Shown in pieces: positions 7,062 through 16,780 of a DNA stretch of 64,000 bases. The notes below the pieces were generated by a model, which worked only from the letters and a program-made list of their open reading frames with translations, was not told the DNA's origin and did not search any database. The stretch lies in assembly GCA_041660305.1 (NCBI GenBank), contig JBAZWO010000006.1, positions 16,432 through 80,431 of the forward strand, read 5' to 3'. How positions within the stretch are numbered: the first letter of the stretch is position 1; every line of letters starts with the position of its first letter. The position numbers and the translations under genes are program-made. This DNA is from Patescibacteria group bacterium (GTDB lineage: Bacteria; Patescibacteriota; Patescibacteriia; UBA9570).

Positions 7062-8126
7062 ATGGCATTACAAATAGGCATTGTTGGTCTGCCCAACGTA
7101 GGAAAATCAACGTTATTTAAAGCGCTGACCAAAATTCAGGTGGAGGCGAGTAATTATCCGTTTTGTACGATTGATCCTAATATTGGGGTGGTACCGGTGC
7201 CGGATGAACGGATTAATAAATTAAGTGTGTTATCAAAATCAGCCAAAACGATTCCGGCCGCGATTGAGTTTGTGGATATTGCCGGGCTGGTAGCGGGTGC
7301 ACATAAAGGTGAAGGATTGGGCAACAAGTTTTTAAGCAATATTCGAAATGTAGATGCCATTGTGCAAGTGGTGCGCGAATTTAGCGATGGGAATGTTATT
7401 CATGTGCATGGCAAAGTGGATCCAAAAAGCGATGTTGAGGTGATTAATTTAGAATTAATCATGGCCGATCTGGAATTATTAAAAAAACATTTAGACAAGG
7501 TAGATAAAAAAGTGCGCGGCAATGATAAAGAGGCGATTCGTGAACAAGTGGTGCTGAAAAAAATTATTACTGTGTTAGAAGCCGGCCAGTTAGCCAGTAC
7601 GGTTACGCTGGATCCGGAATTAGAAGAGCCATTTGTTAAAGTGTTAAATTTGTTAACCAGAAAACCCATGTTGTATGTGGTGAATGTGGATGAATCTGCT
7701 ACGCCGAAGGCTTCGCAGAATTTTGGCCATGATGCAGTGGAAATTTCAGCTAAAATTGAAGCCGAATTAGCAGAATTGCCAGATGAAGATGCTAAAATGA
7801 TGATGCAGGAATTAGGGATGAAAGAAACTGGGTTAGAAAAATTAATTGTGGCTAGTTACAAACTACTTAATTTAATATCTTATTTTACTACCGGCGAAGA
7901 TGAAACTAAAGCTTGGACGATTCACCAAGGCGATTTAGCGCCTCGAGCCGCCGGAGTGATTCACACCGATTTTGAACAGAAATTCATTCGGGCGGAAGTA
8001 ATTGCTTGGGATAAATTATTAGAGGCCAAAGGGTGGGCACAGGCTAGAGATAAAGGCTGGTTACGCATGGAAGGAAAGAATTACATGGTGCACGATGGAG
8101 ACGTAATGGTGTTTCATCATGCGTAA
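7062..8126 (+). CDS. ychF: redox-regulated/ribosome-binding ATPase YchF
   Basis: G1 motif GLPNVGKSTLF, NYPFCTIDPN, and a C-terminal TGS-like end MEGKNYMVHDGDVMVF. Confidence 0.95.
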   Translation: MALQIGIVGLPNVGKSTLFKALTKIQVEASNYPFCTIDPNIGVVPVPDERINKLSVLSKSAKTIPAAIEFVDIAGLVAGAHKGEGLGNKFLSNIRNVDAIVQVVREFSDGNVIHVHGKVDPKSDVEVINLELIMADLELLKKHLDKVDKKVRGNDKEAIREQVVLKKIITVLEAGQLASTVTLDPELEEPFVKVLNLLTRKPMLYVVNVDESATPKASQNFGHDAVEISAKIEAELAELPDEDAKMMMQELGMKETGLEKLIVASYKLLNLISYFTTGEDETKAWTIHQGDLAPRAAGVIHTDFEQKFIRAEVIAWDKLLEAKGWAQARDKGWLRMEGKNYMVHDGDVMVFHHA

Positions 8127-9747
8127 ATTTAATTTTCCATTCATCTTGTTAATCACGTTGATCATGATCATCATGGTCACGAATTGTATTTGGATTTATC
8201 AAGACCAAAGTCCGCCATTATCAGATATGGCTGGCCATTCGTTTCGTAGTGTGCAAATGGCTCATTGGTTACAGGATGGTAAATTGTTAAGTATTTTAAA
8301 ACAAGATACCATTTATCCACCATTTACTTATCTGGTTACGGGAATTATTTTTTTATTAGTTGGTTATTATCCAGATATTCCACAGTATTCGTTATTGTTA
8401 TGGGTAATAATATTAATGATTTCTATTTACAGTATTGGTAACACGATTTATAAAAATAAATATTTAGCGTTAGGCGCAACAGCGTTAACCATGTGTTATC
8501 CATTGGTAGCACATTTTAGCAGAATTTATGATCTTGATTTTCCGTTAACGGCCTTAGTAACAGCTAGTATGGCGGTATTATTACAAACGAATCATTTTGC
8601 TAAACGCCGGGAAACTATTGTTTTTTCATTACTAGTGGTAGCGGTATTATTAACCAAATGGACAGGAGTGTTTTTTATAGTGGGGCCAGCGTTTATTGTA
8701 TTATTATCAAAACGAAATAACATTAATATAAAAAATATTAGTCTGGCATTAGGCATTATTTTGGTGTTGACCATGCCTTGGTATTGGTTGCACACCAACA
8801 TCATTTTAGATATTGCCGAGGCTACGCGCAATAATGTGTTTTCTGTGCCACACGAGAATTTGTTACGTTTAAAAAGTTTGTTATTTTATGCACGATCTAT
8901 TACGCAAGGCATTATTTGGCCACTAACTCTAATATTTTTAACTGGTGTGATTATTTGTTTTAAAAAAATAAAACGTTGTTATTTTTGGCTATTAGTTAGT
9001 TGGTTGATAATACCATATTTAATCTTCACGTTTATTTATTCAAAAGAGATTCGTTATTTAATGCCGTTGTATCCGGCGCTAGCTCTTTGCAGTATGAGTT
9101 GTTTTAGTTATTTATTTTCAGCTTACTCACTGAAGCTTAAGCGTAGGTGGGTGTTCTCAGTAATTATTTCAGTATTCTCAGTGATTCTGATGTTTTGTAT
9201 TTGGTTCGATACATCTTGGGGCACAAGACTGTTACCATTTTCTCATGCCTACGGTTATCAAAAAATTACTCCTAAACAAGTGTATTATGGGTTTACGTAT
9301 CCTACGCAGTATCACACAACATTAATGTTAGTTGCTCAAGAACTAGCTAATATAGGTTCAGCTAAAGTAGCGGTAGTGCCGAATAGTATTTTTTTAACGG
9401 CTACGCAAATACAATATTACACGGCGTTGCATGGTAATATAAAGCTTAATTTTTCATTGAGTAGTAAATTGCGCAATCCGGCGTGGCGAGATGTATTACC
9501 TCAAGCCGATTATGTGATTACCAAAACCGGCGAACAAGGGCCAAAATTATGGGCAGCTAATTTAAAAGATATTGCAACAGCTGAACAGAATAATGATGTT
9601 ATTTTTCAGCAATTTGAATTAATTGGTCAGTGGCAATTAAATGGTATTGAAACTAGTGCGCAACAAATTAATTTATATAAAAAAAACGATAAATTACTCC
9701 CTTTCCCCTTAATAGGGGAAAGGGTTGGGGATAGAGGTAGGATTTAA
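8119..9747 (+). CDS. polytopic membrane protein, GT-C fold glycosyltransferase-like (PMT/ArnT, GT39/GT83-like); last ~16 aa encoded by repeat element C
   Basis: It has at least 10 hydrophobic segments, an IYPPFTYL motif typical of PMT_2/ArnT-like proteins, and a large C-terminal soluble domain. The C-terminal LLPFPLIGERVGDRGRI is read from the GC-rich hairpin. Confidence 0.6.
   Translation: MRKFNFPFILLITLIMIIMVTNCIWIYQDQSPPLSDMAGHSFRSVQMAHWLQDGKLLSILKQDTIYPPFTYLVTGIIFLLVGYYPDIPQYSLLLWVIILMISIYSIGNTIYKNKYLALGATALTMCYPLVAHFSRIYDLDFPLTALVTASMAVLLQTNHFAKRRETIVFSLLVVAVLLTKWTGVFFIVGPAFIVLLSKRNNINIKNISLALGIILVLTMPWYWLHTNIILDIAEATRNNVFSVPHENLLRLKSLLFYARSITQGIIWPLTLIFLTGVIICFKKIKRCYFWLLVSWLIIPYLIFTFIYSKEIRYLMPLYPALALCSMSCFSYLFSAYSLKLKRRWVFSVIISVFSVILMFCIWFDTSWGTRLLPFSHAYGYQKITPKQVYYGFTYPTQYHTTLMLVAQELANIGSAKVAVVPNSIFLTATQIQYYTALHGNIKLNFSLSSKLRNPAWRDVLPQADYVITKTGEQGPKLWAANLKDIATAEQNNDVIFQQFELIGQWQLNGIETSAQQINLYKKNDKLLPFPLIGERVGDRGRI
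9699..9741. repeat. GC-rich hairpin element, copy C
   Basis: A perfect 10-bp stem CCCTTTCCCC/GGGGAAAGGG with loop TTAATA (9699-9724), then GGGGATAGAGGTAGG. The 26-nt core and GGGGATAGAGGTA are shared with 61646-61690. Confidence 0.85.
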
Positions 9748-10871
9748 TTGTATCGTAAAAAATAAATGTGTCTGACCACTTGGGCATGAGCGCGGCCGTA
9801 AAAAATCGGCTCATGAAATGGTTCAAAATGATTTTGCTGTAACACGTTTTGCAACGGCAAAGTTAGCATGCCATCAAACCGGCGCCAAGCGGGCAGTGCT
9901 ATTACTAAGCGTGCGTTGGGCGCTAAGAGTTTTGGTAATACTGTAAATACATCTTGGTAAAATTTGGTTAATTGGCGATGAATTTTTTCGGTTTTGTTGG
10001 GGTGCACGGGACCTAAATAACCTTCACTAACAATGCAGTTAATAGAATTAACCGGTAATATATTAGATAATTGCAATATATCACTAAGATGTAACGGCAC
10101 ATTAGGTAGTTTTAACCAAGCTAAATTATTAGCGGAATCTTCAATGCATTTTTTAGAAATATCTGATCCAATAATGTTTTTATGCCCTAATAATAGAGCT
10201 TCTTGTAATACCGTACCAGAACCACAGAACGGATCTAACAATGTTTCAGCTGGTTGAGGTTGAACAATATTTACCATCATTTTCGCTACTTTTGGCGGAA
10301 GCATGCCAGAAAAGTGATCGCGTTGCGGGCGACCGTAATCGCGTTGGGCATATTCTTCGAATGGTTGCACGGTTAAGGTTTGGCCAAGTATAATATGTTT
10401 TTTATAAATGGCAATAATAAAATCGGTTTGCTGATCGAGTAAATGTTCTTTTTTTACAATTACAGAAGATAAAGCCGGCTCCAAACTTTCCACTAAACGC
10501 ACTGAACCATTTACACGCAAGTCTTTTTTCCAGGCAATACCAATCGGCTTAATTTTTTTAGCATAATGTGTTACCACTTCAGGTGTAACTTGGTTATCGG
10601 CCGCGTACACACTAAAACCAAAGTGTAATTTTTTATCCGGTAACTGTAATTGAGCTAAGTAATCTTTTAGTTGTTCAATGCCGGCTAAACTACGGTCAAT
10701 CTGGCCAATGATTTTAGCTGTTTTTATAGTGCCACCTAATTGATCTATGTCTGGCAATGTATCTAATTGAGCAATCGAGCCGTGTTGCCAAGTAATATTA
10801 TTATAAAGCGTAATCAACTCTAAAGCGGATAATTCCGGAGTATTACCTAAAACAGCTAAATATTTATTCAT
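9744..10871 (-). CDS. SAM-dependent RNA methyltransferase, UPF0020/Trm11/RlmL-like catalytic domain
   Basis: Motif I is LLDPFCGSGTVLQEALLLG. The N-terminal region of about 180 aa could be a THUMP-like RNA-binding module, though this is not verifiable here. Confidence 0.6.
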   Translation of the reverse strand: MNKYLAVLGNTPELSALELITLYNNITWQHGSIAQLDTLPDIDQLGGTIKTAKIIGQIDRSLAGIEQLKDYLAQLQLPDKKLHFGFSVYAADNQVTPEVVTHYAKKIKPIGIAWKKDLRVNGSVRLVESLEPALSSVIVKKEHLLDQQTDFIIAIYKKHIILGQTLTVQPFEEYAQRDYGRPQRDHFSGMLPPKVAKMMVNIVQPQPAETLLDPFCGSGTVLQEALLLGHKNIIGSDISKKCIEDSANNLAWLKLPNVPLHLSDILQLSNILPVNSINCIVSEGYLGPVHPNKTEKIHRQLTKFYQDVFTVLPKLLAPNARLVIALPAWRRFDGMLTLPLQNVLQQNHFEPFHEPIFYGRAHAQVVRHIYFLRYN

Positions 10872-11806
10872 AAACGATATTTTCTAAACCAGGTAATAAA
10901 ATTTTGCATACCCTCAGTAAACGAAGTTTGTGGTTGATAATTTAATAATTTTTGTGCTTTGCTAATATTAGCACAGGTATGTTTTACATCGCCAGTTTGT
11001 TCAGGCGCTTGTTCAATAATAGCCTGTTCGCCACTAAGCTGTGCAATAGTCTCAATAAACTCATTTAATGTAACAGATTTATTATTGCCTAAATTAATAA
11101 GCTCATAATTAAACGGGTTTTTTATAGCCGCTACAATGCCTTGTACAATATCGTTCACATAAGTGTAATCTCGGCTAGAAGAACCGTCACCAAATTTTTT
11201 AATTGGCTGATGTTTTAAAATAGCTTCGGTAAATAAATAAGGCGCCATATCCGGCCGACCACGTTCGCCGTATACTGTGAAAAAACGCAAACAGGTCACT
11301 TTTAATTTTTCTTTATCAGCAAACTGTTTTAGTAGCTGTTCAGCCGTTAATTTGGTAGTGGCATAGGGTGAAATTGGCTGGCCGGTAGTGTCCGTTTCTA
11401 CATAAGGTCGATTTGGGTTATCGCCATATACAGAAGAAGATGAACCAAATACCAATTGAGAAATGCCATAACGCACAGCTAATTCAGCCAGATTCTTAGT
11501 GCCTACTACATTAACGTCTTCATATAATTTTGGTTGTAATAATGATGGCCGAATGCCGGCTCGTGCCGCCAAGTGAACAATGCAATCAAATTGATGTTCT
11601 TTAAAAACAGTTTCTAATTTATTTTTATTACAAATATCTATTTGATAGAACGGTACATTTGGATAAAGTTTTAAATTAGCTAATTTATATTGTGGATCAT
11701 AATAATTGTTTAGATCATCAATGACTACTAAATCATGTTCAGCTTGTAGCGTTTCTACAACGTGTGAGCCAATAAATCCAGCGCCGCCGGTGATTAATAT
11801 GTTCAT
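10868..11806 (-). CDS. NAD-dependent SDR epimerase, UDP-glucuronate 4-epimerase-like
   Basis: GGAGFIGSH Rossmann motif, catalytic YATTK, and the LRFFTVYGERGRPDMA signature typical of UDP-GlcA 4-epimerases. Confidence 0.75.
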   Translation of the reverse strand: MNILITGGAGFIGSHVVETLQAEHDLVVIDDLNNYYDPQYKLANLKLYPNVPFYQIDICNKNKLETVFKEHQFDCIVHLAARAGIRPSLLQPKLYEDVNVVGTKNLAELAVRYGISQLVFGSSSSVYGDNPNRPYVETDTTGQPISPYATTKLTAEQLLKQFADKEKLKVTCLRFFTVYGERGRPDMAPYLFTEAILKHQPIKKFGDGSSSRDYTYVNDIVQGIVAAIKNPFNYELINLGNNKSVTLNEFIETIAQLSGEQAIIEQAPEQTGDVKHTCANISKAQKLLNYQPQTSFTEGMQNFITWFRKYRL

Positions 11807-11812
11807 AATATC

Positions 11813-11885
11813 CTACCTCACCCTGTCTCTCGACTTACGCTCGAGACATCCCTCTCCTATTAGGAGAGGGAAAGAGGGAGAGGTA
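11813..11885. repeat. GC-rich nested-hairpin element, copy E
   Basis: 11-bp terminal inverted repeats TACCTCACCCT (11814-11824) and AGGGAGAGGTA (11875-11885) with 1 mismatch. Inner hairpins are TCTCGA/TCGAGA (11828-11846) and CCCTCTCC/GGAGAGGG (11850-11870). Confidence 0.8.
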
Positions 11886-12790
11886 ATTTTTAAATATTCC
11901 TTAATCCCTTCCTTAAAATTATACTTTGGTTTCCAGTTTAAGATAGCCCTAGCTTTGCGAGCATTTAAACACGAGCGCAGTGCTTCACCGGTACGCACGG
12001 CTTTGTATTTAGCCGTTGGCGCATGTTTAAAATTAGCACTAATGGTATCGTAAACCATTTGGTCACTTATTTCTTTACCTAAGCCTAAATTTACGGTTAA
12101 ATGATCTCCTTTTTTTAAACCAATTACGTTAGCCTGTACAATATCAGCCACATAAGTATAGTCGCGCGTTTTTGAGCCATCTCCATATATAGTTGGATTA
12201 ACATTCTGGCGAATTTTCTCGCTAAATATTGCTACCACACCAGCCTCACCATGTGGGTCTTGTCGTGGACCATACACATTTGGGTAACGAAAAATAGTGT
12301 AATTAAATTTTCCAACTCGAGCATAATATTCAATACACTTTTCGCCTAATAATTTTGATAAACCATATGGTGAAAGTGGTTCAGGGTTTACTCGTTCAGA
12401 AATGGGGTATTTGCCCGGATCTCCATAAATAGCGCCACCGGTAGAAGCGAAGATAAACTTTTTAATCTTAATTTCCATGCCCGTCAACAACAAGTTTACC
12501 GTGCCTTGTACGTTCACTTCCAAAGTTGGAATAGGGTCGGTAACCGATTTTACTACTTCCGCAATAGCGGCATGATGGTTAATAATTTCCGGTTTTTCTG
12601 TCTGCATAATCTTGCGAATAGCTGTTAGATCACGAATATCTGCCTGATAAAACTTAGCTTTTGGGTTAATATTCTGTTTAAAACCATGGTGCATACTATC
12701 AACCACCACTACTTTATGGCCTAATTTAATATAAGCAGCAGTAATATGAGAGGCAATGAATCCGGCTCCGCCGGTAACGAGAATACGCAT
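11813..12790 (-). CDS. NAD-dependent SDR epimerase/dehydratase (UDP-glucose 4-epimerase-like); last ~24 aa encoded by repeat element E
   Basis: GGAGFIASH, catalytic YGLSK, and RYPNVYGPRQDPHGEAGVV. The stop TAG is the reverse complement of the element's terminal CTA (11813-11815). Confidence 0.8.
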   Translation of the reverse strand: MRILVTGGAGFIASHITAAYIKLGHKVVVVDSMHHGFKQNINPKAKFYQADIRDLTAIRKIMQTEKPEIINHHAAIAEVVKSVTDPIPTLEVNVQGTVNLLLTGMEIKIKKFIFASTGGAIYGDPGKYPISERVNPEPLSPYGLSKLLGEKCIEYYARVGKFNYTIFRYPNVYGPRQDPHGEAGVVAIFSEKIRQNVNPTIYGDGSKTRDYTYVADIVQANVIGLKKGDHLTVNLGLGKEISDQMVYDTISANFKHAPTAKYKAVRTGEALRSCLNARKARAILNWKPKYNFKEGIKEYLKITSPSFPLLIGEGCLERKSRDRVR

Positions 12791-12798
12791 AAACTTAT

Positions 12799-13068
12799 TT
12801 ATTTTTTATATAAACGCTTAACTATTAATAATAACAACGCTAATCCTACACTAATTATGGTCATTAGCCAAGGCACTAAAGCCCGTTGCGGTGCTAAAAT
12901 TTTATCTTCATAATAAGGGTCGCCTAATAACGTAGTATCGTGCGTTAACGCTAAAATAAAAATCGCTATAGCGCTAATTAAGCAACAACCTAAAATACTA
13001 TATAATAAAATATTAATTATTTTATTGGAATTATTTAAGCGCATAGATAATGTATTTTTCATTTTCAT
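12799..13068 (-). CDS. small two-TM membrane protein, hypothetical
   Basis: An 89-aa ORF with two hydrophobic helices and no recognisable family. Confidence 0.4.
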   Translation of the reverse strand: MKMKNTLSMRLNNSNKIINILLYSILGCCLISAIAIFILALTHDTTLLGDPYYEDKILAPQRALVPWLMTIISVGLALLLLIVKRLYKK

Positions 13069-14596
13069 AAATTAAGTCAAATGGAACAGAGCGTTCTTTT
13101 TGCCAAATTTTATAAGCTTGAGAAGTTTTTGGTAAGATAAAATATGTTAGATTATAACCAGTTAAAGCAGTAGGTAAGCTTGGGTCATTCGGGGTGTTAA
13201 TGAGCGTGAATAATGTTTTGATACGCTGATATTCTGAATTAGTTGGATCAGCCAAAATTGGTTTATATAAAGAGCTGTTAGCTTGAAAATTTTTAATGTT
13301 TTTATGATCCAAATTATACCACGGATAATTTTCAATCATACCATCGTACCACAATGGCGCGAATGAAATTTCTCTATTCGATACAGCCATAATGCCTAAC
13401 AACGCGCCTTTATCCGGTTGAGTATTTAGCCATTGTACAGCTTCAATAAATTCTGGATGTGGTCGAAATCTAGCGCTCCAACCATCGACATCATCTTTAA
13501 TAAATACTACGGCATGAGTAATTTGCGCGCTGGCTAGTACTATTAATATAGTTACCCAGAGCGTTTTAGGTAAGCGTAACTGTTCTTGAATATTAGCTAA
13601 ACCAATACCAGCAAATATCACTAAACCAATCCAGGTAAATGGAACAAATCGTTCCGGAAGTAGCTGTATGCCAATGAATGATAAGTGCCCTAATAATACA
13701 GGCACTACAATTAGCATGATTAATAATGATTTTATTTTATAATGTAGTTTGGTAGATAATGCTATACCAACAGCAGCTAAAGCGGTAATAATGTATCCCC
13801 AAATAGCCGGATGATCCCATAGTGGATGATCGTAACCACTGTAAGAGCTATTGAATAATGACCAAGCTTCTTTAATGGTAACCGGCAAAAAATGGTATTG
13901 TTCGTTAAAATAAACAGCCATAGCTGGTAGTAAAATAAGTACTATACGCCAGAGCCAAGCATCTAAAAAGAACAGAATAAACCAGGGCACAAAAACAAAA
14001 ACTGCAATACCAAATGATAACGTATGCGTAAAAGCTAATAAACCGGCAATTGGAATTGTCAGTAACCACCAGCGGGCGTTCTTGGTTGATGCAATACTAA
14101 AAATTAGCAACAAGATAAGCATTAAAAAATAACCATACACATTTTGTGGAGTCAAAATTAAAGGTCGTAATAAAGCCGGGGACGCGCTAGCTAATATAGC
14201 AGTGATACAACCGTACCAATTTGATTTGGTTAATATTTTGCCAATAAAAAACATACTTATTACACAGCCAAGATACATTAACAAAGTAGCTATAGGAACC
14301 AGTTGCCAGCTTGGCAAGGCAATAAATCGTAGTAAGATGGCGTTGAAATATTGTACGGCCGGATAGGTTTGTTTTGTCCAACAAATGGCAAAATTCATTG
14401 TGGTTGTTCTGTAACCAGTGAATTGATGAGTTTTTGCCAAAGTATCAGCGGCACAAGCTAATCCACCGGCATCTGGAGTGGTTAATGGGAATTTATTAAA
14501 GTAAATAGGAATAATTCCAATAACACAGGCGATAAGACAAGCAATGCCTAATAAAATAGTTGTAACAACAGGTTTTTTGTGGGGTTGTGTAATCAT
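13031..14596 (-). CDS. large polytopic membrane protein (putative glycan polymerase or GT-C glycosyltransferase)
   Basis: A 521-aa protein with at least 10 hydrophobic segments and a C-terminal soluble domain. It is divergent from a polyprenol-phosphate GT2 gene. Confidence 0.5.
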   Translation of the reverse strand: MITQPHKKPVVTTILLGIACLIACVIGIIPIYFNKFPLTTPDAGGLACAADTLAKTHQFTGYRTTTMNFAICWTKQTYPAVQYFNAILLRFIALPSWQLVPIATLLMYLGCVISMFFIGKILTKSNWYGCITAILASASPALLRPLILTPQNVYGYFLMLILLLIFSIASTKNARWWLLTIPIAGLLAFTHTLSFGIAVFVFVPWFILFFLDAWLWRIVLILLPAMAVYFNEQYHFLPVTIKEAWSLFNSSYSGYDHPLWDHPAIWGYIITALAAVGIALSTKLHYKIKSLLIMLIVVPVLLGHLSFIGIQLLPERFVPFTWIGLVIFAGIGLANIQEQLRLPKTLWVTILIVLASAQITHAVVFIKDDVDGWSARFRPHPEFIEAVQWLNTQPDKGALLGIMAVSNREISFAPLWYDGMIENYPWYNLDHKNIKNFQANSSLYKPILADPTNSEYQRIKTLFTLINTPNDPSLPTALTGYNLTYFILPKTSQAYKIWQKERSVPFDLIYENEKYIIYALK

Positions 14597-14694
14597 GTTT
14601 AAGTTATCATAGTGGTCTTTCTATGGCTTGTAAATGAGGCTTGCTTTTTTTGTTGATATATGGTTTACTTTACGGGTTATTATTTTTTAAACCC

Positions 14695-15363
14695 ATGAAA
14701 ACAATAGCGGTTATTCCGGCCTATAATGAATGCAAAACTGTACTAACTGTAGCACAAAAAGTGAAAAATTTTGTAGATCAAGTATTAGTAGTAGACGATG
14801 GTTCACAGGATAATACCTATGAGCAATTAAAACATTTAGCACCTAATATAATTGTGTTACGACATGAAATTAATTTAGGTAAAGGCGCGGCTTTAAAAAC
14901 GGGTTGTGATGCCGCAGTACAAGCCGGTGCTGATTACATTGTTTGTTTGGACGCCGATAGCCAGCACGATCCTAAAAGCATTCCCAGTTTTATTAAGGCG
15001 TTTAATAATCAAAATAACCAAGTGGATGTAGTGTTTGGAGTGAGGCAATTTAATAACCGTATGCCGTTCATGATGTTAATGGGTAATAAAGCGTTATCCG
15101 TAATGATTAATTTATTGTTTCATGTGTTAGTACACGATACGCAATCTGGTTTTCGAGCCTTTACTAGCCAGGCTTACAAGATGTTGCGTTGGAAGAGTAA
15201 TGGCTATGAAGTGGAAACAGAAATAATTGTGCGCATGAGCCAACATGAGCTACAATATACCGAGGTGGACATTGATACAATTTATCATGATAGCTATAAA
15301 GGTACTACAGCGCTGGACGGTGTTAAAATATTTTTTCAAATTTTAAAGTGGAAATTATTATGA
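14695..15363 (+). CDS. glycosyltransferase family 2 (polyprenol-phosphate sugar synthase-like)
   Basis: I prefer the internal ATG at 14695 (MKTIAVIPAYNE...). It carries VVDDGSQDNT and the DAD motif (CLDADSQHD). Confidence 0.8.
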   Translation: MKTIAVIPAYNECKTVLTVAQKVKNFVDQVLVVDDGSQDNTYEQLKHLAPNIIVLRHEINLGKGAALKTGCDAAVQAGADYIVCLDADSQHDPKSIPSFIKAFNNQNNQVDVVFGVRQFNNRMPFMMLMGNKALSVMINLLFHVLVHDTQSGFRAFTSQAYKMLRWKSNGYEVETEIIVRMSQHELQYTEVDIDTIYHDSYKGTTALDGVKIFFQILKWKLL

Positions 15364-15701
15364 CTAATATTCAAATTATTGCATTGGTATTTGGTTTTTT
15401 CATGGCTTATTTATCTTTTTTACATTACAAAAGAAAAACGCTTAGTCGTTATCAATTTGTTTTGTGGGAAATGTTGTGGTTCGGCTTGATTGCCGCTACT
15501 ATTTTACCAGATCGTTTTAATTTTGTTACCGAACGCTTAGGCATTATTCGAGCCTTTGACTTATTTTCTATTATAGCATTTGTAATTGTGCTATTTTTAA
15601 GTTTTTATAATTATTTAGCGGTAACAAAGTTAAATAAAAGATTAGAAAACAAAGTAAGAGAAAAAACACTAGAACAGTTTAATCAAATTATTAATAAATA
15701 A
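15360..15701 (+). CDS. DUF2304-like small membrane protein (GT2 partner)
   Basis: About 113 aa with 3-4 TM segments. The ATG at 15360 overlaps the GT2 stop (ATGA). The GT2 + DUF2304 pairing is a recurrent arrangement. Confidence 0.55.
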   Translation: MTNIQIIALVFGFFMAYLSFLHYKRKTLSRYQFVLWEMLWFGLIAATILPDRFNFVTERLGIIRAFDLFSIIAFVIVLFLSFYNYLAVTKLNKRLENKVREKTLEQFNQIINK

Positions 15702-15707
15702 TCATTT

Positions 15708-16760
15708 ATGAAACGAGCGCTTATTATTGGTATATCTGGTCAAGATGGCTCTTACTTAGCAGAGTTATTATTAAATAAGGGTTATGAGGTACACGGCACT
15801 ATAAGACGTGCCAGTACATTTAATACCGGTAGGATAGATCATCTTTATCAAGATCGGCACGTTAATAACGTGCGTTTATTTTTACATTACAGTGATTTAA
15901 GTGATGGCAGTAATCTTAGTAGATTATTACGTGAAATTAAGCCGGATGAAATTTATAATTTAGGGGCGCAAAGCCATGTGCGGGTTAGTTTTGATATTCC
16001 GGAATATACGGGATTAATAACTGGCTTGGGAACACTAAAAATACTTGATGCTATGCGTGATGCTGAGGTTCCGGCGAAGTTTTATCAGGCTTCCAGTTCA
16101 GAAATGTTTGGGTTAGTGCAGGCCGTGCCGCAAAATGAAACCACACCGTTTTATCCGCGATCACCTTACGCGGTAGCCAAAGTGTACTCTTATTGGATTA
16201 CCAAAAATTATCGCGAAGCTTATAATATGTTCGCCTGTAATGGTATTTTGTTTAATCACGAATCACCTCGGCGCGGCGAAACCTTCGTAACACGAAAAAT
16301 TACTCGCGCGTTAGCTAAAATTAAATTAGGCATTGATAAAAAATTATATTTAGGAAACATGGATGCCAAACGTGATTGGGGCTATGCGCCAGATTATGTA
16401 GAAGCCATGTGGTTAATGATGCAACAGGAAAAATCCGATGATTATGTAGTGGCTACTAATGAAACACATACGGTGCGGGAATTTGTAGAAGTGGCCGGCA
16501 AAGAATTAGGCATGGAGATTGTTTGGGAAGGCAGTAAAGACAAAGAAAAAGGCTTTGATAAAAATACCGGTAATGAAATTGTAAATATAGATCCAAGGTA
16601 TTATCGTCCAACCGAAGTGGATTTATTAATAGGTGATTATTCCAAAGCCAAGCAAAAATTAGGCTGGGAACCAAAAGTTAAATTTCATGATCTAGTGAAA
16701 ATAATGGCCGAGGCGGATTATAATTATTACGCAAAAGAAAAAGGTCATTTAGCTAGCTAA
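15708..16760 (+). CDS. gmd: GDP-mannose 4,6-dehydratase
   Basis: [33 protein letters not shown] and [18 protein letters not shown] are all canonical Gmd motifs. Confidence 0.95.
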   Translation: MKRALIIGISGQDGSYLAELLLNKGYEVHGTIRRASTFNTGRIDHLYQDRHVNNVRLFLHYSDLSDGSNLSRLLREIKPDEIYNLGAQSHVRVSFDIPEYTGLITGLGTLKILDAMRDAEVPAKFYQASSSEMFGLVQAVPQNETTPFYPRSPYAVAKVYSYWITKNYREAYNMFACNGILFNHESPRRGETFVTRKITRALAKIKLGIDKKLYLGNMDAKRDWGYAPDYVEAMWLMMQQEKSDDYVVATNETHTVREFVEVAGKELGMEIVWEGSKDKEKGFDKNTGNEIVNIDPRYYRPTEVDLLIGDYSKAKQKLGWEPKVKFHDLVKIMAEADYNYYAKEKGHLAS

Positions 16761-16780
16761 TACTATAATTATTATTTTTT

